Positions 50,650 through 64,000 of a DNA stretch of 64,000 nt are shown in pieces. The notes beneath the pieces are model-generated. The model was not told the origin of the DNA, made no database searches, and saw only the letters and a program-made list of their open reading frames with translations. Every line of letters starts with the position of its first letter. Position 1 is the first letter of the stretch. A program made the translations under genes and the position numbers. Origin of the DNA: Paragordius varius (Eukaryota; Animalia; Nematomorpha); the NCBI GenBank assembly GCA_964247055.1, contig OZ176053.1:8370001-8434000 (forward strand), read 5' to 3'.

Positions 50650-51300
50650 TATATATATAGGTGGTTGTTCACTATGACTTAAACTTTTAAATTTTGTATA
50701 TTAGACACTTGAGCATAGATATAGCCAACTTACAAATTTATGCTGATTACCCTTACAATCAATTAATATGGCATTTCCAGCACATCTTATAGTGTGTCTT
50801 TTGTCTTGTTAAAGAGGATAAAGTTTGTTGCGAAAAGTTATACTTTTGTTTCAGATAGATGTATTTGTCCTTTTTGGTCAATTTTATATCCCATATGTGT
50901 CAATGTAGGTGGTTAAGATTCCTGGAGTCCTATAGATATCAATAGCGTCTATAATTGATCTATTAATCCGAATGGCATATTGATTGACAATTTCGAGCAA
51001 AATAATTTCAACCAATTTTATTCACTGTTCAGATAGGTTTTTAGCCGGTACGCTCCCTATATATTTTCCTTTGTTTTGTAGAGCTTAAAATCTTTTTCGT
51101 TCCGTAGATTTTAAATAGTTTTTGACAAAATTAAATAAATTAAATGGAATCATGTGTTTTTAATTTGGAATATTTATAATTTTTTAAATTAACGATTTAG
51201 GTCCGGTCTCCTTGTCCAACAAATATTTCTACGATATCCTTCGTTATCTGTTTGGCACAACTTGGTATTGGCAACGGATGATATAAAAAACATATATTAT
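50650..51300 (-). mobile_element. Possible highly decayed reverse-transcriptase remnant
   Basis: Fragments VGQGDR and THMGYKIDQKG resemble RT motifs. Many stops; no YADD seen. Confidence 0.3.
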
Positions 51301-53444
51301 TGTTGTTATTATTAAATATATTTTCCATTATAGTTCCTCGAAATATGATCAATATGACTTTTGATGCACAAACAATTGGCTTTTATTGCCCGTTTTGATA
51401 ATTAATTATGGGCTTTTAATAACCTTAAACTTCTACGTGTCCCTTTTTAAATTCCTTTTTTTTTATTATTTTTAAAGAATATAAAACTTACTTTGTGTTA
51501 TAAATGTTGTTAGCGCCATGGTATCAAGCGGTTTTTGACCTAAAACGCGAATTAAAATATTAAGCATCGGTATGCCGATAGATTTGATAATAATTATCGT
51601 AGCCTTTGGATTTCTGCCCTATGTACACATTTTCAAACGCGGCCCACTGAATATTTCGCCTTAATGGGGCTTGCGATTTGAGGCCTATTTTCTGGGATAT
51701 ATAAGCAATCCCTTAAAATGTTGTAAACTATGCGCTTAGGTGCTGTTTGTGGTCTAAAACCCCCCGATAGATTTGATGATTTAAACCGCACCGTGTAGGA
51801 GGTGACCTACATAAATCCTCAACTATTGTTAAAAAAAGCACTCTCGTTCTTGTAACATTAGGAGATAAATTTTATATGCAAAATAGAGTATTCATATCCA
51901 CGTTGGTCCATTCACATTATTGTTGTTAATTGGTAATACACTAGCGTATGATATAAAACGAATTTAATCATATATAAATCTTTAACCAATTAATAAATAA
52001 TCGGTAATATTATTGCTTCAGAATTTGATTATATACATGTTAAGATCATCAAATATTCAGAAGCCTTCTACCCATACAATTATGAATAAATCGCAAAAAA
52101 GAATGTAGTTTAGAAAACGCGAATCGAGAAAAATATAAAGGTAACTTAACACAGCAACATAGCCCGATGGTTTTTATCTTAAAATTAATGTTCCAAAAAC
52201 AATTTAAAAGTCTTTATTTATTTTGGTATATTTCTTATTAAATAAAAAATATTTTAAAATTTGAGCATACCGATATAAATTTCAAAGAATAGTTGTTAGC
52301 GAAAAAATCAATGACCCTCTAAAAGTGTATGTTTGAATGAGATTTAAATTATAAATTATTCGAGGGCAACATAGGTTAAATATACGTAAATTTTTTGCAT
52401 TGATGCTTAAAATTGGATATCGTACTATGGACCCTAGACCACCACATCATGAAAAGAAATCCCTGTTTTTGTGATATCGTTTTTTAACATTATGTTATTT
52501 TTAACATCAAATCTAACCATTTCAATCATTAGTTAAGCAAAATATAGGGTGTCAAATATGTGATGAGATTTAGGGTTATATTCTTTTTCTTAACAACTGT
52601 TTTTAATAAAATTAAAATCTTTGGCAACATCCGGCTAAAAAAAAGGAAAAACATGGAATTACTTGTACTTAAAAAATTTAACTTATATTTACAAGTTAAT
52701 ATTCCAACATTATTTTTGTGTATTGAAGCAAAAAGATGTTTCTAGTGTGGAAAGTGTACAGGGTTATATTCAAATCTACTATTAGGTCTTATAATTTACT
52801 TAAACATTGATATAGATAGAAAAATTTTAAAATTTTTACGATTGTAGATTAAAACCACGGGGATCTATTTTATGAGTTATTAAACTTTTGCCTTTCTTTA
52901 TATTAGGACTTAAATACCATAACTCTAATTCAGCTTATATAATATATACTGTACAAATATTATAAATAGATCTAGCTGTGTTCAAAAATCTATGTAATTT
53001 ATCACTAAAATATATAAAAGGACAATCATTGCTAAGATTTTGGCAGAATATTATACTAGACGCTGAAAGCCAAATGGATTATACGGTTATAAAATTAACA
53101 AAAAAAATTTTTTATATATGAATTCATGCGACAATCTGTCGATTTTATTCATATAAACTTCGAACAGTTAGTTACCTGATTAAGAAAAATTGTGATTATA
53201 ATATTAAGATATATAAGTACATTTATTAGTTATTTCTTTTTTTAAATTTTATCCCCATCAAAAAACTTATGTTTCGTTTGGTAAGTTTCATTTTAGGATA
53301 CCAAAAAAAAACATAAATAAACAAAATCGGAACCCAATTATACAATTTAAATAAATTTATTTGTTTTAAAATAAAATATAATTATCTATATTTTGCATAG
53401 CAGAAACATATAATATATTTTAAATAATAAAATTATATAATAAA

Positions 53445-54206
53445 TCAGGAGTATTTATCAGTAAAGGATGTTGTGTTTTGAAGTAAATTATTCAACAATA
53501 GGATGTAGTTGCTGGCTTGACGTAATGTTTCAACTTTTGAAATTTTTTTCTTATCCAACTCTGGACCAGGGATTTTTTGCTTTAGCGATGCAAATGCGTC
53601 ATTCAATTGTTTTACCCTATTCCGTTCTCTGGCATTCCTTCGTTGTGTAATATAGATTTCATTTAAGTAATCATAAGCGACTATATTCGTATAATCTTTT
53701 ACGTCAGTTTTGTCGGAATTTGATGATTCTTCATCTGATGGATAGTTATTATTAATATGATTGTTACTTATGGTATTTGAATTTGATGTTTTTGGAATAA
53801 TAATAGGTGCTTGAGATATCGTATTTGGCCTGGAAAAGGTTTGGCGTGTGTTTAATGGTGTTAGGTAAGGTTGATATCTCTTTCTAGAGACTGTCATATT
53901 TTTGGGTGGTTCATGTATTTTAAGACGATCATCACATGATTCATATGGGTTGGTAGTTTGATAAAACGTTTGATTTTCATCACGAATGAATTTTTCTTCC
54001 TGGTTTGGTAGGGCCATAAGAGGATTGACTTTGGTTTCCAATCTGGTTTCTTGTGATTCATAACTGTTTGCCGCCACTGATGAGTGGAATAAATGTTCAG
54101 ATTTGATTGATATATTATTAGGAATCCTAAAATACTCGTCTGTTCTTGTTGTTGTAACAGGGGCATAATGATAGTATTTTGGTGGATAGTAAAATATTTC
54201 ATTCAT
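53445..54206 (-). CDS. Intronless achaete-scute family bHLH transcription factor, 253 aa
   Basis: TQRRNARERNRVKQLNDAFASLKQKIP...KKISKVETLRQASNYILLL is the achaete-scute bHLH signature. Confidence 0.9.
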   Translation of the reverse strand: MNEIFYYPPKYYHYAPVTTTRTDEYFRIPNNISIKSEHLFHSSVAANSYESQETRLETKVNPLMALPNQEEKFIRDENQTFYQTTNPYESCDDRLKIHEPPKNMTVSRKRYQPYLTPLNTRQTFSRPNTISQAPIIIPKTSNSNTISNNHINNNYPSDEESSNSDKTDVKDYTNIVAYDYLNEIYITQRRNARERNRVKQLNDAFASLKQKIPGPELDKKKISKVETLRQASNYILLLNNLLQNTTSFTDKYS

Positions 54207-56110
54207 TTTGTGTATGAAAAAGTTGGAATTTGAATTTATAAAATGGGATTAAAATATTTTTTTAGTTTTGTTAATTAAGTTAATTAAGATAATTGTGACA
54301 AGTAGATGCTAGTAAAAGTTATTACACAACAATAGGTAGAAGTGTGTAGTGTCACTTGTAATTTTTAAAAAACTTTTTTTTTTACAATATTCTTAATCAA
54401 TTAAAATCTTTATGATATAAAAAAATCTTTAAACAATGATTATATACATGTAGTATATTGTAATCATATCAAAGCAATATTGTTATCTTTGGGGGGTAAT
54501 TTTTTGAGATATATTTTGTGTTTGTTTTATATGTCTAACAATCAATACTCTTTATCAGTGATTGACCCTCTTATATTGTCGTTTTTTATGTCACTCATTT
54601 ATATAATGCCTTAACAAAATTAAAAAATTTCCGATTTTCTATGCAAACTTTTATTTTTAAACTATAATAATAATATAATTGAACATTTATTACATGTTTA
54701 ATGGGTTTTAAACTAATTATACTATGACTTCAAAAAATTTCGTAAAAAAAGTTTTGATCACTGACTGTCTTTGTTTGTTTTTCTTATATACGTAATCTTT
54801 AAATTAAATATAATTATTATATTATATTATTATATTTTAATACGTAAATTATATAATACTTTAAGAAGATTTTATTTATATTATTAACAAGATTATCTGG
54901 TATTTATTTCCTTTAAAAAATTCTAACAGTATAAAGACCACTGACTATTTTTTATTGAGTTTCTTTGTCCGCAACAGAAAATAATAAAATTACACAAAGG
55001 AAGCTTTATCGACTTAAAACGGAACAGAATTGTATAACTTATATACTAACATTCCACTATTTTAATCTAATAAACTTTCAAATACTATACTTCTTAAAGT
55101 TACCAAATTTAGCTATTTGTTTTCTTATATCAAGAAAAAAAAATTTAATGCAAAGGTTTTTAAGAGATATTATTGATAAAGTATGGGCAACTAACGCCGA
55201 AAATTATAAACATGACATGTAAATATTTAGTACTTTTAATTATTAACATTTTATCCCATAAAATATTATAAAATTTTAGTAAAAATCATTTCCAACATAG
55301 GTATTTTTACTCATATTATAAACTTTGAACAACCTGCAAATAATTAATAAAAGGACGTTAACCCAATTATTTTTTGTGGGCTTCAATCATGATGATAAAG
55401 TGTAAAAATTTGATTACGTTTAAATGATAATTTTTATTGTAATTTTTTGATTATGTCTTCAATTTAATGCATATACGTTGATAAAAATCTTAGTTTCGTA
55501 AAAAACTTAAAAAGATACACATCTTCACACCTTTAAATAAGATTTTTAAATTATAAAACAAAATTGCCATAAAAAATATTAGTTAGATAAATCTTAGAGG
55601 GAACCAGGTAATTAAAACAACTCATTTTATATGTTTTAATAACCTTTTGTTTCAAGTATAGATCTATCTAATTATCAAATAATCTTATAATTTAATTATC
55701 AAAATATTGAATTTTTATATGCACAAAAGTGTTTGTCTTTGTATTTTTACTTTTCTGAAGTAAAAATATGTTTTAAAAAGATGGAAGGGGTTAACCTAAA
55801 ATGATTGATTGTTATGCAATATTGATGTAGACTTTATGTTAATTAAAAAATCCGATTTGTCTAACAATTTTATTTAATCAAATATTCATTTTACATATTT
55901 ATTTGTTTAATATAAACAAAGACAACTTAAGTGTTAATTCATTTATATGTTAATACCCTAAAATGTTTATTTGAAATTAATTTTGAGAGCTAAGAGAAGT
56001 GGATAAATTTTAATAATTATGCACAGGCAGCACTTAAAAACATATATATACAATTTATTAATATATATTTCCAATTAATTTACATTATGAATTCGATTTA
56101 CTTATTATAC

Positions 56111-56520
56111 CCAGGGTGGTAATTGAGAAGTATATTTCCATATTCGATATTTCCTCCTTTGATTTTATATTTTTGACCAGCAAAGGATAGTCGTTGTAAT
56201 TTAATGCTACTAAAGAGACCTCCTTAAAATTTATTTTACCTAAACTTACAAAACCATTTTTTTATTTACACACATAAATTGGTATTGTATTACATGTATT
56301 AGGTCAAAAAACCAGTTTCTTATTAAATGTTGGCAAAATTAGTATTCGTTTGATATAACAGGCCAATGTTTCTTTAATCAATTTTCGGCCATCATCGTCT
56401 CTAACATTAAATAATTTTTTAATTCTGTCGATGTTTTAAAATGACGCATCCACCAATAATAAAGTTAAATATTGAGTAGCGGTCATTCCCTTTAACTTAG
56501 CATTGTTGTTTTCTCAGCAA
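56111..56520 (-). CDS. Probable exons of an unidentified gene (56222-56111 and ~56520-56310)
   Basis: Open frame EVSLVALNYNDYPLLVKNIKSKEEISNMEIYFSITTL between AG and GT. The upstream frame IKKLFNVRDDDGRKLIKETLACYIKRIL is phase-compatible. No family recognised. Confidence 0.35.
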
Positions 56521-56535
56521 CTGTAACTTACAAAC

Positions 56536-57717
56536 CAGTTTTGTTAAGTCTCCTTAATTTTGATGAAATATATAAATTCTGATAGGAAAATGTAACAGGA
56601 TTATTATAATGCTTTTGGTTTTGGCTCCTACGAGCGATTTATAGAAGTTATTTACACTTTTGTGGTTGGTGCTCGATAGCAAAATATGGCAAAATTTTCC
56701 CAAATTTTTTCAAATAATTTTTTTTGGTGAAAGCTAAATACTTCTTTCAAAATTCACCAAAAAATATCACTAAAATATATTATAACCTACATATGTAAGT
56801 AAAACATTATTTTTAAAATTTTAATTTTTAGATGTGGCTCCGAAAGTTCCAAATTTTTTCGCTCTTCATAGCTGTTAGTTTTTAAAATAAGCGCAAAATT
56901 GCCGAGATTGCGCTATAAAAATTGTCAATATATGCTAAATTTTGTGACTTTGTTTTTTTTAGAAAATGCCTTTTACAAAAATTTAATTTTTAAAATTTTG
57001 TTAGAGCATACTTCATACTATTTTGGAGAATGATGGAAACGATATAATAAAAGCTTTTTACTTTAAAAACACTTTTTCTATATAATTCAATGATGCTAAA
57101 CATGTCATTCGCTTAAGAATTTTCATTTAAATACTTTATAATTTTGGTAAGTTATAACAACACAATTTACATTAAACATAAATTTGAAGATGAACAAAAA
57201 TTTTAATCTCTGAATGATAGAAATGTTCAGCATCATTAAATTATTCAGAAAAGGTGTTTTCATAATACCTTAAAGCTTTTTTACCGTTTTTATTGTGCCT
57301 CAAAGTATGCAGAATGCAAGAAAATTTCCCTAAAAATTAGATTTTTGATAAAAGTATGCATTTTTTTGAAATTTTTTGGCATCAAAATTTAGCATTTTAG
57401 CGCAATCTCGGCATTTTTGGGTTTATTTTAAGAGACCTAGCCTATTTTAGAGGAGCGGAAAAAAATTATACTTCCAGGGCCCACATCTAAAAATAAATTT
57501 TGGTGATATTTGTCGGATATAAGCATTTAGCTTCACCAAAAATTTTTTATTAAGAAATGTGCGCAAATTTTGCCATTTTCTGATATGGAGCATTTACCGC
57601 AAAGGTATAAATAACTTACTTAAATCCGTAAGAGCCAAAACTAAAAGCATTAGGAAAACTTGATACATTTTCTCTCCAAAGTATATATATTTCATCAGGA
57701 TATTTTTGTGAAGACTG
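56536..57717. mobile_element. Palindromic MITE (family E), ~1.18 kb
   Basis: Arms 56570-57100 and 57220-57717 are inverted; homologous to 20559-21413. Confidence 0.75.
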
Positions 57718-57884
57718 TGTAATTCATAATATCATGTATCAGACTAACTTTTGCAGATTATTTTTTTAAAATGTTTTCTTTTTTTTCACCACTACACCCT
57801 ATATAATCATAAAAATGTAAAATATTGGCTTTGAAACAATTTTCCAGGAATTTTTATATTATATTATAATAATGAACATTTTAA

Positions 57885-60591
57885 TCTACATATTTATATG
57901 GAAAATGCTGGCTTTGTGATCTGTTTCCAGAAAACCGGTAAACCCATTGAAATCCAAATGTTGAAAAAATATAATCATTAATGAATGCCCCGACAATAGC
58001 TTCGTCCTTTTTTTGAATTAGGCCCCCAGTTCAGGCCCACCCCTTGTAAAAAAAGGGTTTTTTTGAAAACACAAGTCCACAAAAATCGTGTCTTTGAGAC
58101 AATTTTCTGGAAAACGTGTTGGACCATTCGATTTTAAATATATTTTTTTACTTATTTTCAATTGCGCCGAACATAATCGGCTCGCTTTTTTAACTTAGGC
58201 CTTCTTTTTACCCGCTCCCCAGGTAAAAAGCCATTTTTTTCAAAAAAATAAGTCCACAAAAATAATAATTTTAATCTATTTTTCGCCCAGGATATGAGAC
58301 GGTAAAAATTTAATGAGGATTCCAGATACCTGTTAAAAGGCAAAAATTTTAGTCCTGCGTTTTTTTATATTGGGTGATGGGTTTGAATAATAATAGAAAA
58401 TATACCGCTCTTTCTATTTCTATCAATGTTAGATGTAATTTAAATATAAAATGAGCTTTAATTTTACCCTAAAAATTAAATGAAGACGATTTTGCAAAAA
58501 TTTTGTAAAATAACGGCGTCGAAGTAGTTTGACATGGAACTTTTTTTTACAAAACAAAATTTTATTTAGATATTTTAGCATATTTATACAATTTTTATTG
58601 GGATAGATACATAAATTTAAATTGGGACCGTTTTCAGTAGTTTTTTGGAAACCATAATTCAAATCTAGTCTGGGGTGTTTAGATACCCCAATTTGAATCG
58701 AAATGTTAATTAGGCCCTTCATGCCCTGAAAAATGCGCCACCATAAAATGATTTTTTAGTTTGGAGGTAATTTTTCTAAAAACTAATGAATGAGAGAATA
58801 TGGAATTAATCATGATACCAGGTATTTACCGTAAAGAGGCAAAAATTTAAATCATGTGCTTTTTTCTATCAGCTTCTGGGCAGAGAGGTACCCGCCTAAA
58901 ACTGCGCCACTATATCTAAATTGCGTTTTTTAGGAGTTAATTTTCAAAACTTATCTGGCCACATAAGTTTAATAAGGGGCTGAAATATTACCTGTATAAA
59001 GACATTAGGTCGAGCGGTTTTTTTTAAATTAGCCGTTAATCATGCCCTTTACGCCCCAGAAAATGCGCTATCATTTAACTATTATTTGGTTTTAATGCCA
59101 TTCTTCCAAAAACTATTAGGAACACATTGAATGAAGGATGATTTAGGTATTCCCCTATAAAGGCGAAAATTTTTATCGAACGTCTTTTTTATATTGGCCT
59201 CTGGGTTGGCGGATACCGTCCAACTGCTCCACCATATTGATAGCGTGACTTAAGGAAAATTTTAGAAAACTTTTCAGGCCATATGTGAAATATTACCCGT
59301 AAAAAGGCAAAAATTTAAGAGAGCGGTTTTAAATTACTCCTTAATTAGGCCCTTGCCCTGAAAAATGCGCCACCATAGAATGACCTTTTGGTTTTGAGTC
59401 AATTTTTCGAAAATCCCACAAGAGCATATGGAATCAATCATGATTCCAGGTATTACCCGAAGTAAGGCTAAAATTTTAATCAAGCGTTTTTTTGTTTCGC
59501 TCCTGGTTAGGGGGCTCGTAAAACTGCGTCACCACTTCGATACAGCATACCTTAGGAGCCAAATTCCAGAAAACCATGCGACTATGTGAGTTCAATAAGG
59601 GCCTAAAATATTTATTACCCCTTAAAAAACAAATATTTTAGTATAGGAGGTTATTTCAATGAGTCGCCAAGTAAAGTCTAACGTCTGAAAAATGCGCAGC
59701 CATAAAAATTTTTTTAAATTTTGAAGCAATATTCCAAAAACTTATAGGAACATATGGAATCCATTATAATTCCAGATATTCCCCATATAAAGGCAAAATT
59801 TTGCTCAGCGCTTTTTTATACCTGGCCCTGGGTTAGGAGCTACCCGCCAAAAACTGCGCTACTATATAGGAATTGCGTTGTTTGGAGCTAATTTACAGAA
59901 AATTTATGAAGCTATATGAGCTCATTGAAAGCTTTAAATATTACCCGTAACTAAGTAAAAAGGTCAGGCGTTTTTTTATTAGCCGTTATGCCCTAATAAG
60001 CTATCATCTAACGATTATTTAGAGTTGAAGTATTTTTTCGAATAACCCATGAGACGATGGTATCAAAGATGATTCCAAATATTTGCCCTATAAAAGCAAA
60101 GAATTTAACTCAGCGCTTTTTCCTTAAGGACTATGAGAAGGGGTCTACCGGTTTTAAACTGAGACGTCATACAAAAATGGCGTGGTTTTAGAGCTAATTT
60201 TCAATTACTTAAGAAGCCATATAAGTTGAATTAAACACATTTCTGGGGAATTTGTATAATATATTTCTTTCCTTTAAAAAGGGACCACAAATGATTTACT
60301 TTTTATATCCCTTGATCCCAGATGTGTACACACAATTTCAAAATAAAACTTTTAATCATGATTTCGTAAAACGAAAATCTTAAAATAAATCCAATGATAA
60401 TTGAATATTTACTTTAATAAGGGTCAGTTTAAATATGGTTAATTTCGAAAGACCCTTAAAAGAATAATTAATTCTTTTTATTAAAAATGTTTTTTATTAT
60501 TTTTTATGTTCATTATCTCTATTTATTGCAAATTATTAATAATAATTACCGGTAAGACTACGTCACAGCGAAGCGTGACAGGGCCAGCTAG
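57885..60591 (+). mobile_element. Helitron family A long copy with a nested piggyBac-MITE fragment and a different 3' terminus
   Basis: A|TCTACATATTTATATGG 5' end; colinear with 777-2820 up to ~60230. Ends GTCACAGCGAAGCGTGAC hairpin + AGGGCCAG-CTAG|T at 60591. Confidence 0.72.
58400..58705 (-). mobile_element. Partial piggyBac-type MITE (family B) inserted at a TTAA of a Helitron subrepeat
   Basis: Reverse complement of 41907-42210; ends GAATCGAAATG|TTAA-TTAGGCCC. Confidence 0.8.
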
Positions 60592-62759
60592 TTTATTTTA
60601 CGAGCGTAAACAGAGTCATTTTTATGTAAAAATATCGCGACAAGCTTTTTGTTTATATTTTTAATTCCCGCCTCGAATTACACAAAAATTATTTTAATAA
60701 GAATGGATGTATAATTTAAATCCACATTTTTAACAGTAGGTAATGTCAAGCCTTAAAAATTGATTTTTGTCTGGCTGTATAGAGTAACTCTCACTGTTAA
60801 TAGCTTTAAACCACAAAGTCAATCAATATCAAAAATGCAAACATAAGTTCCTCAAACAATCAATTATTAAGGATTTTTTTGAATATTATCACACTTTAAA
60901 TTCTTTTTTATAAATCACTAATACCCTGTCATGCGTCGCTCTGACTTAATATGGAAAATGTACAAATAATATTTGATATATATTGATTATAAAGGAAACA
61001 CCAATGGCTGCATTGATATTTAATTAGGGCTAAATGTATTCCGTAAATGTCACGTATGGGGAATAGTATGGAGTTACTTTTTCTTAGAATAAGTATGCAA
61101 CCCAGAGGCTCAAATAAAATGTATTAAAAAGTTGGAGGGATTTGGTTGTCGCTCAGCGGCTGGGGTGACAAAAAAGGCTTCTTATCAGCGAGAATGAAAA
61201 TATCGTTTTCAAATATCGAAATGGGTTTACACAATTAAAAAACACTTAACTAGCAATTTACATTTTTACTGACAAAAAAATAAGGTAAAAACCTTGCGAG
61301 CTTTTAAAAAATTTCTAAGTTTGTTCGATTTCTCAATCAACATAGGTAAGATCTTATATTTTTCGACGATTAAACACTTGCCTTTTTACCGTGGATGCCC
61401 TTTAAAACAGGGAAACAGGAATATCTTAAAAAGTGGCCCGGACCACAATGGGTGCATTCTTAATTGAAAACACAATATCCTTTGAATTTTAATGGGTTTA
61501 CATGTTTTCTGGAAAATTGCATCAATGTACAATTTACACTGAAAAACATATGTTTATAACGTTTAGCAAATTATTTAAGAAGCAGTCAAAAATGTTTCCA
61601 TGATCGGTTAAACCCAACCTATCGAATTTTGAAAATTTGATATAAAAAATTTGAATATAATTGGTTTAAATCAAAAATTAACGTTGTTAGTTCTTAACAC
61701 TATTATCTGTCGCTTGATAAAAAATTAGCTTATTTAAAACCTATTGAAAAACGATTTTAAATGACATGTTATAGCAATACGATATTTAAATTTACAAAAG
61801 CTAAACAAATTTATTAATTGCCACATATAATATAAACAAATTTACAAATTAACGACGAATTCGCACTAATCACAATGCAGTAAAATAATATTTTATGGTA
61901 AATGCTAAAATAATTAATTATATCGGGTATCGATTTATAATATCATCTTTGACATATTGCCAATATTTTTCTCGTATACGGTCGGCATGAATCAATTGAT
62001 CACAAATCTATATAATAAAAATGCGATTTTTATAAATTACTAGTTATTAATATAAAAAACTTGTTTACATATAGGTAGATGTTTAATTTAACTAAATAAG
62101 TTTATGTAGAAGAATATTTTCGTTAACAAAGGATCATAGACATTTTATATTTTTACAATATATTTTTAAGTATTATAATAATTTTTGGATTGAATGTAAA
62201 TAAGCTAAATTATTCTCCCTTTTTATACATTATTCTATGACAGGACTTATTTTATGCTAATAGTTCCTTTCCAATTTTATATAAAGGTCAAATAGCTCCT
62301 AAAATTTAATAAGAAATTACAACCGTTTTACGAAAACATGGTTTCAAACAGCTCTTAAATTAATTTTTCATTCTGTATTTTTTTATATATTGTATTTTAT
62401 TTATATAAAAATTATAAGTTTTTGCTGCCCTATTATATTTTATTGTTACATATTTTAAAAATAATTATATAAAAAATTTAAAGGGTAAAATTTTTTTTTC
62501 GAACCACAACCATAAAAATATGATTAGGAAAAATCGGAACCGGTGCCAATCCAATTAATTATATGCATTAACTAAATTTATAAGCAATTTTGCCAACACT
62601 ATTTTATGTTTAAAAAGTTTTTTGAATGACAGACCTAATAGGCTGTTAAGTGTATATTTACCGCGAAATTAGAAATTTTTGATTTTTAATTTACAAATTC
62701 ATTTTCTCGAAAAGTAAAATAGTTAATTATATTGTTTTATTGCATTATATAACATTAGT

Positions 62760-63207
62760 AAATACAAAATAATAAACTATAAATGATTCAAGGGCAAAAA
62801 AGATGGACAATAAAAACATAATAACAATTTTTGGAAAATAAATGACTAGAATATCACTTATTCAGAGGTAAAACTTAAAGGTAAAAATTTAGCCAACATG
62901 ATATGTGTGCATAAGCTAAATATAAAAATAATGCAAAATAAACCACTTTTTATGTTTATATCTATGTTAAATGTGATTCAAAATGACTTTATTTTAGGCT
63001 TAAAATCAAATAAACACGATATTTTGCAAAAATATGAAATAATATCTTCCAAGTAGTTTAATATGGAAAATTTTATTTAGATATTCTGGCTTATTTATAT
63101 ATTTTTTATTAGAATAGAAGTATAAATTTAAATTGGGACTGTTTCTTTCATAAGTTTTTTAAAAATATTAACTTAAATTTAGTCTGGGGTACCAATGAAT
63201 CGAAGTG
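62760..63207 (-). mobile_element. Degenerate piggyBac-type MITE (family B)
   Basis: AGTCTGGGGTACCAATGAATCGAAGTG end; 62840-62990 matches 45590-45700 in reverse. Confidence 0.65.
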
Positions 63208-63223
63208 TTCCGTAATAAATTAC

Positions 63224-63410
63224 CTGGCAAATAGTGGTCAGTGTTTGGTTCTTTGATTCTCCATCATTTGCCAACAATTTTTCATAGGCAAATATCAAGA
63301 AATCATTCAAATATATCGAATTATTCGAGGAAAAAGTGTTGTTAACCCAGTCAATCAGTCCTTGGATTACACCAGTAAGATCATCCAAATTCGTTATTTC
63401 ATTACATAAA
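63224..63410 (-). CDS. Probable internal exon of an unidentified gene
   Basis: AG|T-LCNEITNLDDLTGVIQGLIDWVNNTF...TLTTICQ|GTAATT; coding-like composition. Confidence 0.5.
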
Positions 63411-64000
63411 CTTTGCAAAATACGATATTATCAATAAATATGGTTATAAAATAAACAAATTCAAAGAATAAATATTAGTGAAAAGTAATAATATCAATTT
63501 ATAAATAATTTTTTTCCCATTCTTAAAACTAATTAAAAGAGTTAAATAAACTATTTCATAAAGTTTTTATGTAAGAATAAACACCAACAAACTTTACAAT
63601 TCAAAATGCACCCGAATAATATTTTAATTTAAAATTACTCAATGATAGCCCAACAAAGATATGGGTAAAGATTATTCATAAAAACAAGGATGATTTCGAT
63701 CGGACAAAAAATACTAATTGTGTAACCACTTATACCAATGCATTCATTGGCGTTAAGCAATCATATAAATGCATAAATACCAAACAAAATAGATGATATT
63801 TGGATTAAAATTTTAAAATCAAAGTTAACATTTTTACCGTTAAATCGTTTTTACTATTAATATATCGCGTAATGCTCAGATGTTTAAATAATTTTGACTG
63901 TTTGAAATCGGTGACGATCACGATTAAATGCATATGTAACTTTAAAACCCATAAGAAACACAAATTTGTAAAAAAGTCAAATAATTAGCTTATATTATTT

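Overview
Very AT-rich animal (metazoan) genomic DNA with spliced genes and dense non-autonomous transposons; the species cannot be determined from the sequence. Genes rebuilt by hand from splice sites and protein-family motifs: OTUD5 (-, 6681-10425), a diverged MED24 (+, ~12.1-19.4 kb), ALAS (+, 21806-28001), an ML/NPC2-like lipid-binding gene (-, 28435-30608), a selenophosphate synthetase with an in-frame UGA and a 3'UTR SECIS (+, 35239-37627), TMEM115 (-, 37979-40404), the 3' part of ataxin-10 (-, 45987-46678) and an intronless achaete-scute bHLH gene (-, 53445-54206). Repeats include a Helitron family, piggyBac-, hAT- and Tc1-like MITEs, and decayed RTE and Penelope retroelements. The main discovery is a class of ultra-short 21-25 nt GT-AG introns (six extant, in five genes). 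They must be removed to restore conserved proteins and coexist with introns of 40 nt to ~1.8 kb. A seventh appears to have been expanded from 25 to 539 nt by a piggyBac MITE. A second notable system is the Sec-recoding signal set of SPS2, with competing RNA folds at both the UGA and the SECIS. All alignments to known proteins are from memory, not from database searches.
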